64,000 nucleotides of DNA, from positions 682,001 through 746,000 of the forward strand of contig MU057398.1 of assembly GCA_013265495.1 (NCBI GenBank), given 5' to 3'. How positions within the stretch are numbered: the first letter of the stretch is position 1; each line of letters begins with the position of its first letter. A model generated the notes under the pieces. That model did not search any database, was not told the DNA's origin, and worked only from the letters and a program-made list of their open reading frames with translations. The position numbers and the translations under genes are program-made. Source of the stretch: Vicugna vicugna (taxonomy: Eukaryota). This document shows positions 41,613 through 53,648 of the stretch, in pieces.

Positions 41613-42021
41613 CAGGGGTGGGCAAACTATAACCTGCAGACCCAATCTGACCCACTGTGTGGTTTTTTTTTAATTAGGGGAAAGCGCGAACGCAGTCCCC
41701 CACTACCACAAATTATGCAGTCGAGTTTCCCACATTTGGGGAAATCGCAGGGGTCAGCACATCCAGAGTGCAATGGATAAGCTTCGCCCTGGGAAAACCA
41801 CCTTCGTGATCATGGTATCTCCCCTGCCAGGTAAGTATTTCCCACTGTGTGTTTTTTAAAGTAAAATTTTACTTGAATGCAGCCATGCCCATTTGTTCAC
41901 ATACCTTCTGCAGCTGCTTTTGCATCACAACAGCAGAGTTGTGTGTAGTTGTGACAGAGACTGTATGGCTTGCAAAGCCTAAAATAGTCACTACATACAG
42001 AAAAAAATTTGTTTACCCCTG
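41613..42021 (+). mobile_element. MER58A-like hAT-Charlie MITE, interrupted by the U1 retrocopy
   Basis: TIRs CAGGGGTGGGCAAAC ... (AAA)TTTGTTTACCCCTG, degenerate 8-bp TSD ctcttgtc/ctcttgag, and a body matching the recalled MER58A consensus. Confidence 0.85.
41675..41838 (-). pseudogene. RNU1: Full-length U1 snRNA processed retrocopy
   Basis: 164 nt, ATACTTACCTGGCAGGGGAGATACC...GCGCTTTCCCCT, with 3 differences from canonical U1 by eye. A-tail at 41663-41671. Flanking direct repeat CCCACTGTGTG(G)TTTTTT at 41651 and 41841. No snRNA promoter flanks. Confidence 0.95.
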
Positions 42022-44767
42022 CTCTTGAGTAAGGGTCATATTTTTCCTATTTCTTCAAATGTCTAGATATTGTGAGTAATACTGTCAGACTCTGGATTCT
42101 GTTATTTTCCAATGAAGAGCATCAATTTTATATTCTGGCAGGCAGTTAATCTGGTAAAACTAAAACTCTAAACTGTCTTCCCTATGGAGGGTAGCAGTCA
42201 CAACCTCAGTTCATTTCTTTTGCCTTAGCTGGAGTTTAGCAGAGTTTATATGAAAAATTTGGACCCCTGCCCAAGGCTATCTGCTTTTCAGGATTTCTGC
42301 CCTCAGTCCTCTGATTCCTCAACCCCTGAGACTGTAGGTCTCTATTCAAGTCTCAGTCTCCCAGCAGCAGCACTGCCTAGGACTGCCCTCAGGTGAAAAG
42401 CTATTACAAATAGGAAATTCACCTAATGCAGTTCCCTTCTTCCAAGTATCAAGTTCTGTCCAGTTTCTGCCTGCTTTTTCTCTACTGTCTTTAAATGATT
42501 GTTTTTATTTCTGTCCAGAGTTTTTGCCTGTTATTTACACGGGAGGTAGTCCAAAATGAGCTACCTAACTACTACCAGAAGCAAATCCCTCAGGTGTCTT
42601 TTGAATGCAATAATCTTGATTTTACATCCTTGGTGAGATATGTCCTAAGGACAAAAAGAAGCCTTAAACTTCATTCAGGATTTTTATTGTTAGCAGTAAC
42701 ATTCAATAATAATTTTATAATTATTTTATGTATATTACAAGATAACGTAAATAAGCAACTATATTAAATTAGGAATGAACTTTTCTGCAAGAAAAAGATA
42801 TAAGGATAAAATAATAAATACAAATGTGCTAATGTTACATTTCCACTGTAGATATCATTATATATTTATGAGTTAAAATTTTTTTTTCAGTATATTTTCT
42901 AGCTTTGTCCACTGAAAGGGCCTAGATGCAATGTCACCCCAGTAAGACTGCACACATCTAGCAACCAAATCTTGGATTCTAAATACCATTTCCCACTAAA
43001 AGGAACCAGAGCTCTTGGAACCAGTTCCGGGGTAGGAAAAGCACACACTGAGATGGAATGTGCCAGAAAGAAAAGACTCTTTCAAAGACTAATTAATGAG
43101 GGTATGCCAAGAGGACACAGGTGCCAGGATAAAGGAAACATCATTGCCCAAATCTGGAATAATCTAATCAAAATAATAAAGACTATAGCTGAATTGTAAA
43201 GCATTTAATAAGTAAAACTCCACAAGTCCATATCGACATGAAAGAGAACAGAAGAGAGAATGTCAAGTATTTTGCCACCATTTGAGGTGATTATTACACC
43301 AATTCCTTACTTTGGAATTTGGTAATTAACTTTGTAATCAAAGACAAAGATTTAGCATTTATATTGATGCAGGGTCATGATATCCCCTTACATAGAGGCA
43401 AAGTGCCACATGGACAAAAGGTGATGGAATGCAAAGAAGTTTAAAGTTACAGAAAAAATGAATATGAATCTCAACAAGGGAGGTGATGTAATAAGCTAAG
43501 TCATCTTTCATTTCTGGGAGTTAATATAATTCTCCAAAGTTGTCACATCAAGAAAGATGTATAAGCATACTATTTAGTTTCAACAGTAACCATCAAAGAA
43601 ACTAAAAGTAGAAGCCGTTAAAAGCTGGAATCTCTGGGTCATGGAACAGGAAGGGGAAGAGGTAGACTAGTGTCTTCACCATAACCCCCTTTGAGAGAGG
43701 TTATGTTGTTATCAAGTGGCTGTAATATTTTGATAAAAAAATCAAAATCCAAACAACTTAACCCTCCAATAGTTTCCCACTGCTCTGACATTAACATCAG
43801 AAATCCTACACCAAGCCTGTCAACCTCTTAGCCTGTATACATCTCTGTCACTGTCACCCCCACCCCACTCTACTCCAGCCACACAGGGCTTCTTAAAGCA
43901 CCTTAGATGGTACGCACCTGTCAGATTCAGGACACATTCACACATGCTCTTCTCCATCAGGAAAGCCATCCTCCACTCTGTCCCGTCCACTTTTGTTCAC
44001 CCCTTGGTTCCCTGCTTCAGCACTCCTTCCTTAGGGCAGGCTTCCTTATCCCTCCCAAAGCTGGGCTGTCCCTGCATTACACATGATTTCAGTGAGCACC
44101 CCATCACCCCCATACTTGTCCTTCAGAGCATGTAACCCACTATAATTACATAATTACTTGTGAATTTTTTAAAGTCTGTCTCTCCAGCCAAACTTAAGCT
44201 CCATGAGGAAAGATACCAATCTTTTCTCAGTCACCCTACAGCCTGCCTACCACAGTGCCTCAGGTACTATAGACACCTAACTCCATCATGGAATGAATGA
44301 CTGGATGACAGCCTGATGAACTGCAGATCCTTCAGCATGGAGCAGCAAGGAACTCGGTACTTAAACTGAACAGTATTGCCAGATGAAAAAGCTAAGAAAT
44401 GTGGAACAATCCCATCATTTAGAATTGAGTGTCATAACAAATAGGCTTATGAAACATGTAGTGTTCCACAACTGTCAGTGAAGCTGTTCAATATATCACC
44501 CAAAGTTCCACTGCATCCATCTGAGAGGTGACCTGTGGCTTACACTGAGGTCTTAGTGAAGATGGTGAGAAGTGGCTGGTTCTGGGGTAATTTTTGAATG
44601 TACAGGTCCACAGGACTTGCTGTTGAATTAGAGGAAGGTGAGACAAAGAGGAGAATCAAGGACAAATCCTAAAATTTTACATTGGTAACTTGGTGGATGC
44701 TGATGCTATTTAATGAGATAGAAACTAGAAGCAGATTTAAGGAGGGGGGAGCAAGAGTTCTGTTTGG

Positions 44768-45089
44768 CAGACTCACAGGTATAGAAAACAAACTTAAGGT
44801 TACTAAAGTGGAAAGACGATGAGGGAGGGATAAATTAGGAGTTTAGGATTAGCAGATACAAAACTACTATATATAAAAAATAGATTAACAACAGGGTCTT
44901 AACTGTATAGCACAGGGAAATATACTCAATATCCTGTAATACACCATAATGGAAAAGAGTATGAAAAATAATATGTATATGTATAACAAAATCACTTTGC
45001 TGTACACCAGAAACTAACGTAACACTGTAAATCAACTCTATTTCAACTAAAAAAGAAAAAAAGAAAAAAAGCACATTTTAAAATAAAAA
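44768..45089 (+). mobile_element. Cetartiodactyl-type L1 3' end inserted in an L2 fragment
   Basis: Same 3'UTR motifs as the 13408 copy. TSD aagagttctgtttgg (44753-44767) / aaaagttctgcttgg (45090-45104). Confidence 0.82.
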
Positions 45090-45956
45090 AAAAGTTCTGC
45101 TTGGGACTTGTTACATTTGAGATGTTCATGAGCAACTCAAGGGGAAATACTGATGAGGCCATCAAATGTGGGGCTCAAAAGGGAGGTTATAGATGCAGGC
45201 TAGAGACACGGGCACAGAGTAGAATGGTCAGCACACAGTGGTAGCTATCATTCAGAGCAATGAAAGCACAGAAACAATGGAAACACCCCTAATTAAATCA
45301 AAGCATAGCCATCAATAAAATGTCACGTGGTCATTAAAAACAATGGTGTAAAAACATCATCCAGATGCTACCCATCTGTAGATGGCAGTTGTATGGGCAA
45401 TTCTTACTTTTCCTCTTTCTATATTTTCTAAAAACTTTTTTTTTCACTGAATAGATACTACTTTTACAATTAGAAAATACAATTATCTTTATTCTGATGG
45501 AAAGTGATGATAAAAATAAATTTTTACTGACATGGAAAGCTATCTACATTGTAATTTTTTTAAATTATTTTTTTCCTTTTTTCTCCCTACAACATTATCA
45601 TTGAGGAAAGAAGGCAAGTTAGAACATGATCCCATTTATCTAAAACAATATGTATGCATGCACATGGGTACATAAGGAAGACTCCAGGAGGATGTTTAAA
45701 GTGCCAACAACAAAGGTAACTTTCTGGCTATTATTTACCAGTTTTAGTTGCACTGCACTTTGCACGGTATCTGGAAAACGCTAAACGTGTTCACAAAAAT
45801 ATCTGATGTAATAATCTGAACTAAGTTTTAACTTCATTTTGTCTTCCTTTATTCCACATGTGCTTTAGGGCTTTCCTTGGTCTCTTTCCCCAACAAAGTG
45901 ACTACTCAAGTGCTGGCTGTTCTTGTATTTGGAGTTGCATGGTATCATGTGCATGA

Positions 45957-46372
45957 CAGGCGTTCTTAACCTTTTTCTGCCACGGGCCCTTTGGCCCTCC
46001 TCAGAGGAATGTTTTGAAATGCATAAAATAAAATGTGTAGAAATTGATGAACAACATACTTTTAGAACTGGTGCTACAGTTCTTCCTTAGTAAACCATTA
46101 AATAAACAGATCTGGCAGTGGGTCTAATAACTACCCTAAGCTTGAACTTGGTGAACACAAGTGACATTTCAAAGTATCTGTAACTATAATATGATAGAAA
46201 AGCATCTTTGATCTCTATCAGTGACAAAGTCATAGGTATTCCTAATACTACCATGGTCTGTTGCCTACCTTCGTCATTGAACTTTCAATGAGAGGTTAGT
46301 GAAAATAAAGTAGTGTTTTTCCCATCCAAGGTCACAAAGCCCCAGACTTTTCCACCCTGAGCCAGAACCCTC
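45957..46372 (+). mobile_element. Charlie4a/MER80-like hAT element
   Basis: caggcgttcttaacctttttctgccacgggccctttgg...gaatgttttgaaatgcataaaataaaat...gaggttagtgaaaataaag...ttttcccatccaaggtcaca. Confidence 0.65.
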
Positions 46373-49300
46373 AGTCTAGAAAGATACATACCAAATAGCT
46401 ACAGCTCCCCGTGGTGGAACTTCTAGAATGATTTCCACATGCATCTTCTAAATTTCCTACAATGATAACTTTACTTATGTAACTAACAAATAAAGAGCTT
46501 AATAAATACTAAGTTTTCATTAGTTCATTTTGTTTTATCTTCTTAACCTGGAATAGTGGTTAAGAAATTTTATACAGTTGCTTACAAGCTACACTAACAT
46601 TTTCTTATAGGGTGATATTACTTAAAAAAAGACTTTCAACCTTCCCTAACTACTAATTATGATTTTAATCATTTCCGTATCCTCACAAGCCTAGAAAAAA
46701 ACTCACTTGAATTATTTATTCTGGAGTTAAACGAAACAAAAAGACAAACTGTCACAACTGCAGACATTTATCTATTTTTTTGCCAAGTGTAACTCCAGAA
46801 ACAGTTGAAAATATTAGAGCAAATTAGTACTTAATACGGACTAATACCTTCTGCTGTTTACAAAAACACAAAACACAGAAACACACAGAAATTTATATTT
46901 TAAAAATAAGTTACTAAATAATGTGTATACAAATTTAAAATACAACTTATCGAAGTTGTGTCAAAACTTAAGTGCCACTAGAAGCCCCAGAAAAACGAAA
47001 ATGCTTTAATTTTTCAAAAATATTTCACATGTAGAAAGTCAGCTCGTGCTGAAAAGTGCTCAAGTTGGTGTCTTAGAAGCAATGTGGAAATATGCAAAGG
47101 AGATGGGAATGAAGGGAAATGTGCATATCTCAGAATCCTGCTTTGATTTCTTTCAACTCTAAAAATAAAACCGTTGGACTGCTCTATTAATAAGTCTAGA
47201 AAATGGATGCCTTTTTTGTGGAAAGCTTTCACAAACATAGAAATAAAAATATCTTCTCAGTTAATAGACCCAAAGGATGTAAACATAAACCAGATGTCAA
47301 TCCTTGTTCCTCTACAATTCCATTCTCCCTCAGGGCTCTGGTGGGACTTTTGTTGTAAAGATGTTTCTACAGCACAAGGAGACACGTTAAATGAATGAAG
47401 GTCTGCACAGAGCACCATGGACCAGGCTCAAAAGCCAAGTATAGCAGGAAAAGAGTGAGTTGCAGGATGTTACCATACACTGGGATACCATCCCATCAAT
47501 TTTCAAAACACTTTTGAATGTTGTGTAATGTGTAACACAGCATAAAGCTAGCATGGACAATAACCCCCATCACCCTGGGAGACAAGCTACCTCTGGGAGG
47601 GAAGGCAGCAGTGCAAACATGGGCTGGGAGTTCCCTGGAGCTGTCACACTTGAGTTCTTAACAGGAAGCTGATGTGAACAGGCAAAGTGCTAACATTTCC
47701 TAAGTCTATGTGGAAAGTAAAGTGCCCGAGGATCTGCCCTGTGAATAGAGTGCAGAGGACTGGCAGGAAGAGGGCTGGGAGGGCTGCAGGAAGGCAGAAC
47801 CTCAAAGGCAGCAGGGTGGGGACAGCCCGAGGGAGGGCAGAGGAGCAGGTGCACAGAGGTGCAGGTGAGGAGGGCTCCAATCCCCAACCTCCCGAGGCCA
47901 GGTCTGCGGAGATCACAGCCAGACGGTTCACAGTGGCTCATCAGGGCGGACCTAGTCCTTGATGAGACAGGAGTGAGCTTGTTTATGCACTGCTTCCTTC
48001 ACCATGAAAGTCCTGGTAAAGGGTAATAACTAAAAATCAGAAGAACCAAGCAGTGTGTATGGTACCGCTGCTGCCACACGTGCCATGTAAGCTGGTACTG
48101 AGCCCCAGAGACTGGAGTGTGTGGGAAAAGAAGCCCTCTCCTCATGAGTTCCCTGGGTCTCCTGGGGCAGAAGTGGAGGGAAGGAAGATTCCATGAAGAG
48201 ATCTGGAGGGTGAGTCCCGGGGGGCCTGATGGGGGTTGCAAGTCAGCTCAGGGCAGATGGCATCCAGTGCAGTGCAGGGCAGAAAGGGGGCAGGATGGAT
48301 GGCCCTGTCTTCTGGGGCTCAGAAACCTCTCAGAGTGTGACGCAGCTTAGAAGGAAAGCCAAGCCTATTTGGCACAACTGATGCAGCTGTGCCTGATTCC
48401 TACCAGCACACTCTGCAAACAGAACTGCTCCTAGACCCCGGGCCTGGCTTGCTCCGCCTGTCCGTCTCCACACTCCAAACCTTCAGACCCGGCCACACAG
48501 TGTTCTCTCACCCAAGCCTCCATCCGTGCAGCTCTCTCCTCCACTCACACTTTCTCCTGGATGAGCTAGTGTTGCCTGATCGTTAAGGTCTGGGGGGGGT
48601 CACTTTTCTAAGAAGTCTCTTTCCTGACCCTATCCCACAAGCCTAGGTAGAACCCCTCTAATGTTTATGTGCCCCCTCAGTGGCCAGTACTTCTCCACTG
48701 TAGCATTTAGCCCCTTGTACAGTAATGGCCTATGCCCGTCTGTCTTCCTGTAGGCCAGAAGGTCGCTGAGGGTAGGGATAGTCCCTAGCAGCTAGGACAG
48801 TAACTGACAAATAATAGCTGCTCAATTAGTATAGGGTAAATGAATAAAGTACTGCAATATAAAGAGTACCATAGTGAAAGACAAGTGTGGCAACAGCATT
48901 ATGGTTCTGAATACTGCTGGGATACTCCTTATGCATACCACAATACGAACAAGACACAATGTCTAGCAGCTGCGGGAGACTCTTTACCCTGAGTCCCAAG
49001 GAGCCACTGCAACTTAGAACAGTACCAAAATAAAAATGCTCCACTCTCTTCAAGATTCAGAAACAAGAGCTGGGGTGAAGTTCTGCTTGCCAAGTAAAGG
49101 GTCCTGCCTCAGCCTCTGCTCACATGAGGTCACGAAATGGAAGCTTCAGAAGTTTTGTTTTCTAGCGCTGCTAAAAATGATTTCTTCCCAGGCTAATGAA
49201 CAGCTCTCTAATCTCCACAAACTGCACTGCAGTCGTAAATTTGGGGGCTTATCTCCTCATGTGTAGCCTTTTCTTTAAAACTTTACAATTAAAAGGCCAT

Positions 49301-52300
49301 CCTTCATTTAGCAATATCTATGACAAAGTTTAAAATGCATGATCTTTTGACCCAGCAAGTCCCATCTCTAGGAATTTCACCTACAGATAAACTTGGCTGT
49401 GAGCAAAATATACATAAAAGACTATTCACTACAGCATTAATGAAATAAAATACATTGGAAACATAAATATCCCTCAATAGAAAACTGGTTAAATAAATTA
49501 CAGTGCATCCATAATGGACTACGACTAATCTAACCCTTAAAAAGGGTGATACTGCTATCTATAGGAATTGGTATCAAACAATCATCAAGATATATTAACT
49601 AAGAGCAAACCATGCAAATGTGCATGATACTTTACTGTTTGATAAACACACACACGTTTGTGTGTGTATACACAAACATAAGATATATACATAAAGACAT
49701 ATATAAAAACATACAATAATATGAGGTCTCTAGAATAGTCAACTTCATAGGAGACAGAAAGTAAATGAGTGATTGCCAGGGGCTGCAGGAGGAGGAAGGA
49801 ATGGGAGTTATGGTTTCGTGGAAACCATTTCAGTTTTGCAAGATAAAAAGGGTTCTGGAGATACACAGTGGTGATGGTTGCACAAGAAGGAGAATGTACT
49901 TAATGTCACTAATTGTGACTGTACATTTAAAAATGGATAAAATGTTAAATTTTACATTATGTGTATTTTACCACAATTTAAAAATCTTTCTCTCTCTCTC
50001 TCTCTCCCTCACACTCACATACACAAACAGATTAATAAACTGGTAATGATGGTTGCCTTCAGGGAGAGAAATGGATGTCTAGGGACAGAGTGCCAAGGAG
50101 ATGAGATCTTATACCATATAAACTCTTACACTACCTTTTTCATTCTTTACTATATACCTAACTATTCAAAAATATCATTAAAAGAAAGACTTACACAAGA
50201 AGCCTTTTCCTTGATCACAAGTCATTTATATCCTTTCTATAAGTTAAAAAAATCAGGATGCCACTTCAGTTTTGAGGGTATTTATTAGATTTAAATGATA
50301 CAAGTTGCAATAAATAAATAAATAAAACAAGTTGTGAAAAATTACACTTGTTTGCCTAAGAATATTCACCAAAATCCTGTCTTTATTTTTATCAGCTATT
50401 ACAAAAAACTTGAAAATCATAGAAGAAAATTACCATTTTTATCAGCATGCAACTTTTATTCCATCACAACCAAGCCAGCTGAATATAGAACTATTTTAAC
50501 AGCAAAAACCCTTCATCATAAATCAAGACACAAATCAGCCTGCAATTACGTGAGTTAGAAAACAAACTATGCTTATGTTGCAGTCTACCCTAAAGCTCTA
50601 ACGTCTATGTCAGAATTTAAAACACACATGCAAACAGATGCATGCGTGCACATGCACACACACATTCTGGATTCCTCATAGTTTATCTAAAACCTACTTT
50701 TGTGAAGATCCACTATTTTCTTGAGTCTTCCAGAATAAGCACTGTAGTCATGCAGCTGGCATCACGACCTCTGTAGCCGCCCCCCAGGCTCCCCAGCAAG
50801 TCAAGGAGAAGGCAGCACTTGCAGGGCCCAGCACTGCCCCTGGCTTAAAGCAGGGGCTAAAATATTTGTTGGGTGAACGAATAAAAGATTATCTGCTGAC
50901 AGGCATGCCATCAAGCTTCACAAAGAAAAATTCAGCAAGAAAAAAGTAAGAGATGCTTTGTTCACTTGAAGTCAGAATGTGATACAGGTTAACACTGGAT
51001 AACTGCTTCAGCAAATAGCTACAACACAACTGGCTAAGTGGGCTCTAGACCTCACCCCATTCCACAGTTAAATACAAAAACAAGTATTTCAAATACCATA
51101 CAAAAAACATGGGACAACTTACCTATAGGATTCTTTTGCATGTATCAAATATGTATGTACGAATATAGCACATCATCAAGTTTTTTAGGAAGAAAGAAAA
51201 TATAGATGAATACAGTCGTATTCTTATAGTAGGAAAGGACTTTCTAAGTATGAAAGCAAAATAAGAAACCATAATAGAAATTTTATGTATCAAAAAGACA
51301 AGCAGAATCAAAAGATATATGAAAAAATTAGCAAAAATATGTACATGATGACAAAGATTTAATATCCTTAATACATTAAGAGTTCTTATAAATCAACTTA
51401 GAGAGAAATATCCTGATGGAAGAATGAATGCAGAACACCAATAGGCAATTCACAAAGACCAAATACAAATGGCCAGTGACTACTGAGGCTCAGCCTAGTC
51501 ATAACCCTAGGAGCACAAATTTAAAAGACGGATATCCAATTCTGGGAGGGTATGGGAAGGGCACTTTCTAAGACTGCTGTGGGAACTGGGATAGCCATTT
51601 TGGAAGATGATGTGGTAGCAGCCATTCTTCAAAAAGACTGGCACAGGAGGAAGTTCAATCCAGTAGCGTCATTAATTGCGGACCATTGGGACAATGCATG
51701 ACAGTGAACTGGCACCAAACCACACTGCTATTTAACAGAAATGAGGCAGAGAAATGTTATCACGTGGATAGATGCAGAGTATGTATAATACCATTGTTGT
51801 TTTGTCAAAAATACAAAAGGTGCCTATCTGCATAGCCTGAGAAGAAGATTCAGAAGGATCGACATCACGCTATTGAGAGCAGTTACTCTAGGTAGTAAGT
51901 ATGGAGAGCAACGGGGAGCTTTCACTTTTTTACTTGATATACCTTAAAATGGTTAGAATTTTCTATAAAAAGCATGTATTATTTTTATAATTTCTTAAAA
52001 AGGAATAGAATAAAAATAGTAAGATATCAAGCACTTATCTATTAAAGACAGGTTCTGTCCTCTGAGAATTCCCTTCAAAGCTCTTTGAAGCTCAAATGGC
52101 CGAGTCTTTCCCATTCATAAGTAATAAGAGATATTTTAAAAAACATCTTCCTTTTTACATTTCTTAAGAGAAACCGTACAGAGTCACCACCGTCTGTTTT
52201 ATAAAATCCATTCGTAATCTGAGAAAAAGACTGTTAAAAACATAAACCCCCTTGGGCTTAATATCTAACAGAAGAAACCCGTATTACATTTAGTCCACGC

Positions 52301-53524
52301 AATTTGAGACAATGCACAAAGCACCAGCCACACAACTCCCACCAGCATAAATTCGTGGCGTACAAAGAACGCCCTGTCAGCAGGGCCCAGAGCACACCCC
52401 ACAGCAGTAATGGGAATGACAATTTGAGTCACAGGATCAGGAGTGGAACCAAATTTGGGACTTGGAGGCAGTGTAATGCTCCTCACTTCCTTCCACCCAA
52501 ACTCTGCCCCTCACACAGTCCCCAAATGGGCCATCTGTTACGGATGTCCACACAGCTTTATCCAGAGGTGTCAGAAACCACTAGGGAAACAGAACAAAGT
52601 GCTACTTGAGGGTCTCAGCTGGAATCACAATGGCAGCATATGCGCAAACACAGGAAACGAAATGGAAAAATTCAATTAGAATGTTCTGTCTTACCACATG
52701 GAATGTCTGAAATCCAGGTGTCAAAACATCAAATGTGGAGTGGCCCCTGACTTCAAAAAAGCTTGAGATACTGAGCCTGATAGTTGAGAAATTAAGGAAC
52801 CACTCATTTTTACAAAATTAAAGTCCACACAATAGCGCCAAAATAGCCCAAAGTGCAGCAGACAGAGCACCTTAGTGTTAGACCTCAAATGGCTTAGATT
52901 CCCACCTTTTCAAAAGGTATTCATTCTGCTCTAGAGTCTCAAGAGCCAGAAGTGTATCTGGGTGCCCTCCTGAATTCCCATGGGAGGGGTGCGGCAGGCA
53001 CACGCCATTAGCCGTGGACTCCGCTGTTTGGTGACAGCTTTCAGGAAATCATCCTTCTAGGGGACCACACACAGTTCCCAGATCTGAAAATGCATTACCA
53101 CCACTCACTAATATTGACCAGGAAGTCATTTACCCAAGACCAAAGCAAACAAAGCACTATGCTGAAGACCTCTAGGTGACAGCAGTAGCAGCAGGTGAAG
53201 AGCTCAGTCAAAGCGCTCTCAGCTCAGCTGACCTGCGTGAAGGTGAACTGAAGGTGCAGATCACCAGTTCCGGCTCTAATCTGACACCCGCCCCCAGATC
53301 ACACTGTGGCTCCCAAGTAACCCTACCCAAACTGACCTTTCAGGGCTCAGGGAAGTGACTTTTTTTTATTATATGGCACAGTTTGGCACAGTTATCTCTT
53401 TAGTCTTTGGGGTACTTTTATACTGTCCAAGAGTAGTATATCTTGTTTTATTCCTTTTTTTTTTTTAAAAACAGATGGCCAAACCAGGACATATACTAAA
53501 AAAAAAAAAAGGAAGGTTACTTAC

Positions 53525-53648
53525 CTGAGCCCTAACATTCCAGCTACCATGGAATCTTGTTGGAGCTGGTCTACAGAAGCAAGATGTATTCTGGGGAGTC
53601 ACATGTCACATCAAAGCAGGAACTGGTGAGTCTGTATTTTTATGGAGC
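53525..53648 (-). CDS. MECP2: MECP2 exon 2 (124 nt, alternatively spliced; coding part 53525-53550 starts the e2 isoform)
   Basis: Acceptor tttgttttag|GCTCCATAAA, ATG GTA GCT GGA ATG TTA GGG CTC AG (MVAGMLGLR), donor |gtaagtaa. The 124-nt length matches the human exon as recalled. Confidence 0.97.

Larger units (their letters stand above)
37860..42560 (-). mobile_element. Old L1 (L1M-type) fossil, same orientation as MECP2, host of nested insertions
   Basis: Long T-rich tract with typical L1 ORF2 antisense motifs (e.g. tccatgaacatggtatatctttctatttatttagg, aaaccatctgggcct, gaatgtgtattctgcagctgttg). No intact ORF. Confidence 0.85.

Noticed and set aside
41675..41838. Functional, independently transcribed U1 gene
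   Set aside because: Flanks are MER58A sequence with a TSD and A tail; no PSE/DSE or 3' box context.
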